From assembly GCA_040289515.1 (NCBI GenBank), contig PSLI01000037.1, forward strand, positions 1 through 19,187: a DNA stretch of 19,187 bases, given 5' to 3'. Below are positions 8,613-14,967 of the stretch, piece by piece (the stretch's first letter is position 1; every line of letters begins with the position of its first letter). The stretch is from Candidatus Sysuimicrobiota bacterium. Lineage in GTDB: Bacteria; Sysuimicrobiota; Sysuimicrobiia; Sysuimicrobiales; Sysuimicrobiaceae. Position numbers and translations under genes: made by a program. The notes under the pieces are model-generated. The model saw nothing but the letters and a program-made list of their open reading frames with translations. It was not told where the DNA came from and ran no database searches.

Positions 8613-9479
8613 GTGCGGCTGGTACGCTTCGAGGACGGCGGGTCGGTCCGGTGGGGTGTTGTGAAGGGGGCGATGGTGGTCCCGGTACGGACCTTCCGCT
8701 ACGAGGGACCTCTGGAGTGGGAGCCACGCCAGTTACCGCTGCCCTCCGTGCGGCTGCGTGCGCCCGTGGACCCGCCCCGCAACGTCTTCTGCATGGGCCT
8801 GAACTATCTGGCCCACGTGGAGGAGTCGCCAACCCGGCAGATCCCCAAGGACCCCGTGTGGTTCACGAAGGCCACCACCAGCGTGGTGGGGCCCGAGGAG
8901 GAAGTGGTGGTAGACCCCGCCCTGACCACCCAGTTGGACTGGGAGGTGGAGCTGGCGGTGGTGCTGCGTCGGGGCGGCCGCCGCATCCGCGCCTCTCAGG
9001 CTCTGGAGTGGGTGTTCGGCTACACCGTGCTGAACGACCTGTCCGCGCGGGACCTGCAGTTCGCCCGCGGGGGGCAGTGGTTCTACGGGAAGAGCCTGGA
9101 CGGCCTGTGTCCCGTGGGGCCCGTCCTGGTGACGGCGGACGAAATCCCCGATCCCCAGGCACTGGAGCTGTGGCTACGGGTGAACGGGCAGGTGCGGCAG
9201 CATGGCTACACCCAGGACATGATCTTCTCGGTGGCGCAGGCCATTGAAGACCTGTCCCGCGGCATCACCCTGCTGCCCGGAGACGTGATCGCCACGGGAA
9301 CTCCCGCGGGCATGGGATTCGGACAGAACCCTCCCGTGTTCCTGCAGGACGGGGATGTGGTGGAGGCGGAGATTTCGGGGATCGGGGTGCTGCGCAACCG
9401 TATCCGCTTCGAAAGCACCGGGGCCCGTTGCGGGGGCCGCACGGGCTCCGTAGGATTAGGGGGTGGAACGCGCCCGTAG
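8613..9479 (+). CDS. Fumarylacetoacetate hydrolase (FAH) family protein
   Basis: 'FCMGLNYLAHVEE', 'PVWFTK', 'LDWEVELAVV', 'GYTVLNDLSARDLQ', 'GKSLDGLCPVGP', 'LLPGDVIATGTPAGMG', 'IGVLRN'. AAGGAGG at 8601-8607 supports GTG at 8613. The stop codon lies inside the tRNA. Confidence 0.93.
   Translation: MRLVRFEDGGSVRWGVVKGAMVVPVRTFRYEGPLEWEPRQLPLPSVRLRAPVDPPRNVFCMGLNYLAHVEESPTRQIPKDPVWFTKATTSVVGPEEEVVVDPALTTQLDWEVELAVVLRRGGRRIRASQALEWVFGYTVLNDLSARDLQFARGGQWFYGKSLDGLCPVGPVLVTADEIPDPQALELWLRVNGQVRQHGYTQDMIFSVAQAIEDLSRGITLLPGDVIATGTPAGMGFGQNPPVFLQDGDVVEAEISGIGVLRNRIRFESTGARCGGRTGSVGLGGGTRP
9428..9456 (+). promoter_or_regulatory. sigma70-type promoter for tRNA-Arg
   Basis: -35 TTGCGG (9428-9433), 17-nt spacer, -10 TAGGAT (9451-9456), 13 nt upstream of the mature tRNA 5' end. 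Confidence 0.65.
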
Positions 9480-9545
9480 CTCAGAGGACAGAGCGTTGGC
9501 CTCCGGAGCCAAAGGCCGCAGGTTCGAATCCTGCCGGGCGCGCCA
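9470..9545 (+). tRNA. tRNA-Arg (anticodon CCG)
   Basis: Acceptor stem GCGCCCG/CGGGCGC, D-stem GCTC/GAGC with GGA (A20), anticodon stem TTGGC/GCCAA around loop CT-CCG-GA (CCG at 9503-9505), T-arm GCAGG-TTCGAAT-CCTGC, discriminator G and encoded CCA; 76 nt. Confidence 0.98.
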
Positions 9546-9619
9546 CCGCTGCGACGAGAGCTTCCGGCGTGGCCCTGTAAATGTTTCGCACCGACAGGCC
9601 CGCGCAGGCCCCAGGCTCC

Positions 9620-9774
9620 TTCGACCTGGTGGAGGAGGTGGACGCCAGTTGCCAGCGCCTGCGGGCTTCCGGGGTGGCGGTGGAGCGCGATCCCCAGGAC
9701 TACCCGGTGGGCCGCGGGCCGCGTGTGTGCGAGACCCCGGCGGAAACTGCATCTGGCTGTTGCAGCGCGGCTAA
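9620..9774 (+). pseudogene. Remnant of a VOC/glyoxalase-bleomycin-resistance family gene (C-terminal half, frameshifted)
   Basis: One frame gives FDLVEEVDASCQRLRASGVAVERDPQDYP. After about nt 9707 the adjacent frame gives GPRAACVRDPGGNCIWLLQRG*. Joined, they match the VOC C-terminal pattern 'V.DVDA...RL...GV....P.D.PWG.R...VRDPDGN.IEL.Q'. No N-terminal half is visible. Confidence 0.7.
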
Positions 9775-9783
9775 CCAAATCTT

Positions 9784-10986
9784 CTACCGGGCCGGGACCT
9801 CGGCCCGGGGGACCTCCCGCGCGCCCGGCCGGAGCTGGCTGCGGGCCTGAAGGCCCGCAGCGGCCATGAACAGCGCGGCCAGCAAGAACACGGGCCGTGG
9901 CCCTAGGGCGCTGGCCACCGCGCCTGCCACGAAGGGTGCCGTGAGGCCGCGCAGACCCAGGAGCACGGTGTAGGCGGCTGCGTACGCGGCCACCCGGCCC
10001 GGCGGGGCCAGCTCCATGCAGGCAGCCATCCACGCCAGGTCCAGGCCCGCCACGAAGAACCCGTCGGAGGCGAAGGGCAGCAGTGCGGAATACGGGTGGA
10101 AGGCTACAAAAAAGCAGGTGGGTGTGAGCGCGGCACCTGCCAGCAGGGTGCGCATGGCTCCCACGCCGGAGTGCCGGTCCACGTAACGCCCCCAGACGAA
10201 GAACCCCACCGTGGAGGTCACCGCGCCGGTGGCGGACAGGACGCCCACCTGGGCCGGGGTCGCGTGCAGCTCGTCCACCAGCAGCAGAGGAACCGCGGGG
10301 GCCATCATCCAGCCTCCGAACCCAAACACGAAGGTCACCCGCAGCAAGGTACGGAAGGCCGGATCCTGGAACGCATCCCACCACGGCGTCGGTGCTGCCA
10401 GCGCGTGTGTGGGCCGGTGGGGTAGGCGGATCCCACGGAAGGCCAGGGCGCCTGCGATCCCGAAGACGGAGGCCGCCGCAAAGACGGCCCCGTGACCGAA
10501 ACGCTCCACCGCAGCGCCCGCCACCAGGGAGGAGGCCACTGCGGCCGCGCTGAACCCCACGCGCACGACGCCCACCAGCCTGCCCCGCAGCTCGGGAGGC
10601 AGCACCCTGCCCACCGTCTCCGCGTACGCGGGCACGGTGAGCCCGTTGAGGAGGTGGTAGACCACCACCAGGGCTATCAGGCCTTCGGGGCCCGCGACCC
10701 ACGGTGTGAGCAGGAACAGCCCCCTGCCCAGCAGGGCGGGCCACACCACCAAGGCCACCGGGTTGCGGGCGGCCAGGGCAGGAGCCCATGCGGAGGTAAG
10801 GAAGAAGCCCAGTGCGGGGGCGCTGGCCAGCACGGAGATCCACAGGGGCGGTGCGCCCAGCCGTCGGGCCACCACGCCTGCGAAGGGGATCACCACCCCG
10901 GAGAACACGCCCGTCAGCAGGGCGCTGGCAAGGTCACGGAGGAAGGCGTGCCGGGCCCGCGGCGGAAGCGACGACAGGGGGCGCAC
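9784..10986 (-). CDS. Major facilitator superfamily transporter
   Basis: 400 aa with about 12 hydrophobic segments, 'LPPELRGRLVG', and motif-A-like 'WGRYVDRHSG' in the second half. Substrate unknown. Confidence 0.88.
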   Translation of the reverse strand: MRPLSSLPPRARHAFLRDLASALLTGVFSGVVIPFAGVVARRLGAPPLWISVLASAPALGFFLTSAWAPALAARNPVALVVWPALLGRGLFLLTPWVAGPEGLIALVVVYHLLNGLTVPAYAETVGRVLPPELRGRLVGVVRVGFSAAAVASSLVAGAAVERFGHGAVFAAASVFGIAGALAFRGIRLPHRPTHALAAPTPWWDAFQDPAFRTLLRVTFVFGFGGWMMAPAVPLLLVDELHATPAQVGVLSATGAVTSTVGFFVWGRYVDRHSGVGAMRTLLAGAALTPTCFFVAFHPYSALLPFASDGFFVAGLDLAWMAACMELAPPGRVAAYAAAYTVLLGLRGLTAPFVAGAVASALGPRPVFLLAALFMAAAGLQARSQLRPGAREVPRAEVPAR

Positions 10987-10993
10987 GGCTCCA

Positions 10994-11023
10994 GTTGTAG
11001 GGCCTGTTTTGCCGCGGTGTCAA
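10994..11023 (-). promoter_or_regulatory. Putative promoter of the MFS gene (possibly leaderless)
   Basis: On the minus strand: perfect TTGACA (11023-11018), 18-nt spacer, TACAAC (10999-10994; imperfect -10), then 7 nt to the GTG at 10986. Confidence 0.5.
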
Positions 11024-11049
11024 ACCCCACCATGGCGCCGCCGCTCGCG

Positions 11050-11055
11050 TAGAAT
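11050..11055 (+). promoter_or_regulatory. Putative -10 element (TAGAAT) for the nucleoside hydrolase-like operon
   Basis: TAGAAT 21 nt upstream of ATG 11077, with SD GGAGG at 11067-11071. No good -35 is visible. Confidence 0.5.
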
Positions 11056-11076
11056 AACGGGGAAGCGGAGGTGCGC

Positions 11077-12096
11077 ATGCGCAGGTTGTTGGTGGACGGC
11101 GACGGCACCACGGAGGATGTGGTGGCCCTGTGGATGGCCGCGAAGCAGCCGGACGTGGAGGTGGTGGCGGTGACCACCGTGGCCGGCTGCGTGCGGGTAT
11201 CCCAGGCCACAGACAACGTCCTGTACGGAATGGAACTGGCAGGGCTGAGCCGCATCCCCGTGTACGCAGGCTGCGAGCGTCCCCTCGTGCGGCCTCACAG
11301 CCCCTTCGACGCGTTCTTCGGCCGGGGCGGCCTGGGAGCCCACAGCGCGGGCAGGCCCAAGGGTCAGCCGGAGAGCGCCCACGCGGTGGACGCCATCCTG
11401 TCTTTGTGCCGGCACTACCGGAGGGAGCTGGAGCTGGTATGCCTAGGGCCCCTCACCAACCTGGCCGCGGCCCTCATCCAGGCCCCGCGTCTGGCGGAGC
11501 TACCCGCGCAGGTGTACGTGTACGGAGGGGCCGGCCAGGGCGGCAACGTGACCGCCTGCGCGGAGTACAACTTCTACGCGGATCCTGAGGCGGCAGCCCT
11601 GGTGCTCGACAGCGGGCTTCCCATCGCCCTGTTCGGATGGGACCTGGCCCGCCAGCACCTGTGGATGCGGGACGCGGATCTGCTCCGCATCCGACAGGGC
11701 CCGACCCGGGAGTGCCGCTTCTTCCTGGAGGGGACCCGGACCCTGGCCGACTACGCCCGAAGGGTCCTGCGGCAGAAGGGTTCGGATCTGGGCGCGGTCC
11801 TGACCATGGCCGCGGCCCTGGACCCCGCGGTGGTGCGGGAGGCGGTGCGGATCCGTGCGGACGTAGAGACGCGGGGGGAGCTGACCCGCGGCCAGCTGGT
11901 GCTGGACCCTCTGGGTATATCCCGCAGGCCGCCCAACGTACGGTGGGTCCGGGACGCGGACGGCGAGCGGGCGCGCGAGCTGCTGTTCGCGGCTTTGGGA
12001 GCGCCTTCCGTGTCGGAGCCGCTCCCGCAGGGACCGGAGAAGGCTCCGGGCGTGGAGCCGGAAGCTCAGGAAGCGCCAGCACCGCAGGGCCCGTAA
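11077..12096 (+). CDS. Inosine-uridine preferring nucleoside hydrolase homolog with a degenerate active site
   Basis: Fold motifs 'LLVDGDGTTEDVVAL', 'IPVYAGCERPL', 'LGPLTNLA', 'GNVTACAEYNFYADPEAA' and 'VETRGELTRGQ'. Several canonical catalytic residues are substituted. Pro/Glu-rich C-terminal tail. Confidence 0.88.
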   Translation: MRRLLVDGDGTTEDVVALWMAAKQPDVEVVAVTTVAGCVRVSQATDNVLYGMELAGLSRIPVYAGCERPLVRPHSPFDAFFGRGGLGAHSAGRPKGQPESAHAVDAILSLCRHYRRELELVCLGPLTNLAAALIQAPRLAELPAQVYVYGGAGQGGNVTACAEYNFYADPEAAALVLDSGLPIALFGWDLARQHLWMRDADLLRIRQGPTRECRFFLEGTRTLADYARRVLRQKGSDLGAVLTMAAALDPAVVREAVRIRADVETRGELTRGQLVLDPLGISRRPPNVRWVRDADGERARELLFAALGAPSVSEPLPQGPEKAPGVEPEAQEAPAPQGP

Positions 12097-12132
12097 GGAC
12101 GGGGAGGCTACGGGCAGGGACGGAGCGACGCC

Positions 12133-12795
12133 GTGTGGGTGGCTGCGGGGACCTCGTTCGCGTTGGGCGTCTTCATCACTGCTGCGGCCAGCCGGAGACG
12201 CTGGCAGGACGCCCGGGTGTGGTCCGCGTTTGCCGCGGGGGGCTTGGTGTTCCTCGGGGTGCAGTTCGGTGCACGTCCCGTGGGCGCGCTGGCGGGGCAG
12301 CTGTCCGGCGGGGGTGACCTGCCCGCATGGGCCGTGGTGGCGGTCGTGGCGGTGTTCGCGGAGGTGTTCAAGCTCACGGCAGCCCTGGTGCTGCACCAGG
12401 TTTACCGGCTGCCGCCTGCGGACGGTGCCCGCCTGGGGGCGGCGGTGGGGGCTGGTTTTGGGGCTTGGTCGGAGGCTGTGGTGCTGCGGGCCGCACAGCA
12501 GGTGGCACAGCTGGGTCTGCCGGGCGGCGTCTCGTGGGCGAGCGTGGTGGTGGCTTCCGCAGCCCGGCTGCTGGCGGGCGCGGGCAGCACGGGGATCGCA
12601 TCCCGGCTGGCCGCCCACGGCAGGCCGTGGGCAGGCCTGGCCGCGGCATGCGGGGCGCAGCTTTTGCTGGACCCAGTCCTGCGGATGGCAGTAAGGCAGC
12701 CCGGATGGGTCCTGCTGTGCACCGCCTTGTTGGGAGGGGGCTTGTTCGCCGCCCTGTGGGTGCCGGAGCGCGGGGGACGGATGAGATGCCGGTGA
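12133..12795 (+). CDS. Integral membrane protein, distant PrsW/YhfC glutamic intramembrane protease-like
   Basis: About 7 hydrophobic helices. 'VFAEVFKL' resembles the EExxK motif and 'GAAVGAGFGAWSE' resembles the second G-rich F..E motif of this clan. The family assignment is tentative. Confidence 0.6.
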   Translation: MWVAAGTSFALGVFITAAASRRRWQDARVWSAFAAGGLVFLGVQFGARPVGALAGQLSGGGDLPAWAVVAVVAVFAEVFKLTAALVLHQVYRLPPADGARLGAAVGAGFGAWSEAVVLRAAQQVAQLGLPGGVSWASVVVASAARLLAGAGSTGIASRLAAHGRPWAGLAAACGAQLLLDPVLRMAVRQPGWVLLCTALLGGGLFAALWVPERGGRMRCR

Positions 12796-13100
12796 ACCCG
12801 AAGCTGCGGGATCCTCACGTGGACCGGCTGTTCGAGGCCATCCTGCAGCTACGGTCGGTGGAGGAGTGCTACCGGTTCTTCGAGGATCTGTGCACCGTCC
12901 ACGAACTGCGGGCCCTGGCCCAGCGGTTCCACGTGGCGCGGCTGCTGCACGAGGGCGCCACCTACGACGAGGTGGTCCGGCGGACGGGGGCTAGCTCCGC
13001 CACGGTGAGCCGGGTGAAGCGGTTCCTAGAGTACGGGGCCGACGGCTACCGCTTGGTGCTGCGCCGCCTCGCGCGCCGCGGACCCCAGAGCCGGGGTTGA
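12786..13100 (+). CDS. yerC: YerC/YecD family TrpR-related repressor (HisR-type)
   Basis: C-terminal 104 aa of the listed 12327..13100 ORF: MPVNPKLRDPHVDRLFEAILQLRSVEECYRFFEDLCTVHELRALAQRFHVARLLHEGATYDEVVRRTGASSATVSRVKRFLEYGADGYRLVL. This is the classic YerC signature, and the gene lies directly before the his operon. Confidence 0.93.
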   Translation: MPVNPKLRDPHVDRLFEAILQLRSVEECYRFFEDLCTVHELRALAQRFHVARLLHEGATYDEVVRRTGASSATVSRVKRFLEYGADGYRLVLRRLARRGPQSRG

Positions 13101-13125
13101 CCCACGGGGCCGGAGGTGGTAGGGT
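13097..13125 (+). promoter_or_regulatory. his operon promoter (sigma70-type)
   Basis: -35 TTGACC (13097-13102, overlapping the yerC stop), 17-nt spacer, extended -10 TG-G-TAGGGT (13117-13125), then 7 nt to the in-frame GTG at 13133. Confidence 0.7.
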
Positions 13126-13132
13126 GGGGAGC

Positions 13133-14341
13133 GTGCTGCATTCACTTCTTTATCGAGGTAAAGAGCTAAAGTCTCGGCTGCCCGCGGGGCTGCGGGACTG
13201 GACGCCGGAAGAGCTGGCACCTTTGCGGGCCCTGGAGGCGCGGCTGCGGAGGACCTTCGAGGCCTGGGGCTACCGCGAGGTGGCCACCCCGGTGCTGGAG
13301 TACCTGGACACGTGGACCCACGCGGCAGGCAGCGGCCCCGCGTCCCTGTTCGTGGTGGTGGACCGCAGCGGGGAGTTGCTGGCTTTGCGGCCGGAGCTTA
13401 CCGCGTCCGTGGCGCGCCTGGTAGCCACCCGCGGGCCGGAGGGAGTGGCGAGGCTGTACTACGTGGGCTCCGTGTTCCGGGCGGACGCGGGGCGGGGCGG
13501 TAGCCGGGAGTTCCCGCAGGCGGGGGTGGAACGGGTGGGCGAAGGAGGCGCGGACGCGGACGCGGAGGTGGTGGCGCTGGCGGTGGAGGCGTTGCGAGAG
13601 GCGGGGGTAGCGGGGGCGCGGCTGGGTGTGGGCCACGCGGGCTTCCTGCGAGCGCTGTTGGAGGCTGCGGGGCTTCAGGAGCGATCCGTGCCGCAGCAGG
13701 CCTTGCTCCGCAGGGACTTCGTCACCCTCTCGGCCCTGCTGGAGGGGGCACCGGAGCCCGTGCGGCAGGCGCTGCTGGACCTGCCGTCCCTGCGGGGTCG
13801 AGGGGCCTTGAGCTCTGCCCGCAGGCTGGGCGTGGGCGGACAGGCCCTGGAGGAGTTGGAGGCGGTGCTGGAGGCGTTGGGGGCCTATGGGGTGGCGGAG
13901 CACGTGGAGGTGGACCTGGGGATCATCCGTGACTTCGACTACTACACCGGCGTGGTGCTGGAGGCGTACGCGCCCGCCAGCGGGGCACCCCTGCTGGGCG
14001 GGGGCCGGTACGACGGGCTGCTGGAACACTTCGGTGCAAGCAGGCCAGCGGTGGGGTTCGCCGTACACCTGGAGCGGGTGCTGTCCAGCTGCCGGCTGGA
14101 CGTGCCGCCACCTCCGGTGCTGGAGGTAGCCTACGACCCCAGCACGCGGCCGCAGGCCGTGGCGTGGGCGTCCAAGGCGCGGGCCGCGGGGCTGCGGGTG
14201 GCCACGGGGCCCGCGCAGAATGGCCCGCCGCGAGCCGGCGTGAATTTCCGGGCGGACGGGGTGTGGTGGGTGGATGCGAGGGGTTCGCGGCGGCTGGCAG
14301 CCTCGGAGCTGGATGCGCTGCTGGAGGGTCGCACGCCGTGA
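13133..14341 (+). CDS. hisZ: ATP phosphoribosyltransferase regulatory subunit HisZ
   Basis: HisRS-like motifs 'LPAGLRD', 'WGYREVATPVLEY', 'LALRPELTASVAR', 'RLYYVGSVFR', 'REFPQAGVE', 'DYYTGVVLE', 'GGGRYDGL', 'PAVGFA'. It precedes a short-form hisG. The listed ORF starts at TTG 13097, which coincides with the -35 box, so GTG 13133 is preferred. Confidence 0.93.
   Translation: MLHSLLYRGKELKSRLPAGLRDWTPEELAPLRALEARLRRTFEAWGYREVATPVLEYLDTWTHAAGSGPASLFVVVDRSGELLALRPELTASVARLVATRGPEGVARLYYVGSVFRADAGRGGSREFPQAGVERVGEGGADADAEVVALAVEALREAGVAGARLGVGHAGFLRALLEAAGLQERSVPQQALLRRDFVTLSALLEGAPEPVRQALLDLPSLRGRGALSSARRLGVGGQALEELEAVLEALGAYGVAEHVEVDLGIIRDFDYYTGVVLEAYAPASGAPLLGGGRYDGLLEHFGASRPAVGFAVHLERVLSSCRLDVPPPPVLEVAYDPSTRPQAVAWASKARAAGLRVATGPAQNGPPRAGVNFRADGVWWVDARGSRRLAASELDALLEGRTP
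13147..13172. promoter_or_regulatory. Palindromic operator, putative YerC/HisR binding site, inside hisZ
   Basis: TCTTTA-TCGAGG-TAAAGA (13147-13164) plus a further TAAAG half-site 8 nt downstream (13167-13171). It forms an AT-rich island in about 70% GC DNA. Confidence 0.75.
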
Positions 14342-14967
14342 ATCGCCTCACCCTGGCCCTACCCTCCGGGCGGTTGCTGGGCGACTGCGTGCGCGTGCTG
14401 CACGCGGCAGGTTACCGGGGAGCCCGGGAGGACCGGAGCCTGGTCTGGGGCTGGGCGGACCTCACGGTGATCGTGGCGAAGCCCGCGGACCTGCTCACCT
14501 ACGTGGAGCGGGGGGCTGCGGACTGCGGGGTGGTGGGCAAGGACGTGCTGTTGGAGCAGTCCCACGAGGTGTACGAGCTGGTAGACTTGGGCTTCGGCCG
14601 TTGTCGGGGTGTGGTGGCCTTACCGGCGGAGTGTCGCCGTCTGTGGGAGGATCCCCGCCGGCACCTGCGGGTGGCCACCAAGTACCCGCGGGTGGCAGAG
14701 CGGTTCTTCTGGGAGCGTGGTCGGCCCGTGGAGATCGTGGAACTGTACGGGTCCGTGGAACTGGCCCCGCAGGTGGGGCTTTCCGACGGCATCCTGGATC
14801 TGGTGATGACCGGTGCCACGCTGCGGGCCAACGGCCTTGTGGAGGTGGCGGAGGTGTTCCGGTCCACCGCGCGCTTGGTGGTGAACCCGGTGAGCCTGCG
14901 GACCCGCAGCGCCGCCGTGCGGGAGCTGGTGGGGCGGCTGGCGCGCGCCGCCCAGGAGGTGTCGTGA
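14338..14967 (+). CDS. hisG: ATP phosphoribosyltransferase, short form
   Basis: GTGA overlap with hisZ. 'LTLALPSGRL', 'YVERGAADCGVVGKDVLLE', 'DLGFGRC', 'RVATKYP', 'LYGSVELAPQVGLSDGILDLVMTGATLRANGL'; 209 aa with no C-terminal regulatory domain. Confidence 0.96.
   Translation: MNRLTLALPSGRLLGDCVRVLHAAGYRGAREDRSLVWGWADLTVIVAKPADLLTYVERGAADCGVVGKDVLLEQSHEVYELVDLGFGRCRGVVALPAECRRLWEDPRRHLRVATKYPRVAERFFWERGRPVEIVELYGSVELAPQVGLSDGILDLVMTGATLRANGLVEVAEVFRSTARLVVNPVSLRTRSAAVRELVGRLARAAQEVS

Noticed and set aside
3055..8832. Long antisense ORFs (e.g. 3055..5040, 6437..7504, 6955..8832)
   Set aside because: They lie opposite well-supported genes and show no family motifs. Such ORFs are expected from GC-rich codon bias.
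9463..9850. ORFs 9463..9774, 9581..9850 and 9456..9752 as real genes
   Set aside because: Two overlap the tRNA and one runs into the MFS gene. The two plus-strand ORFs each carry only one part of the frameshifted VOC remnant.
9470..10986. Genomic island or prophage integrated at tRNA-Arg
   Set aside because: There is no integrase, no repeated tRNA 3' end and no obvious compositional shift in the window.
13100..13133. His leader peptide attenuator or T-box upstream of hisZ
   Set aside because: Only about 32 nt separate yerC from the hisZ start. There is no His-codon run, terminator hairpin or T-box sequence.
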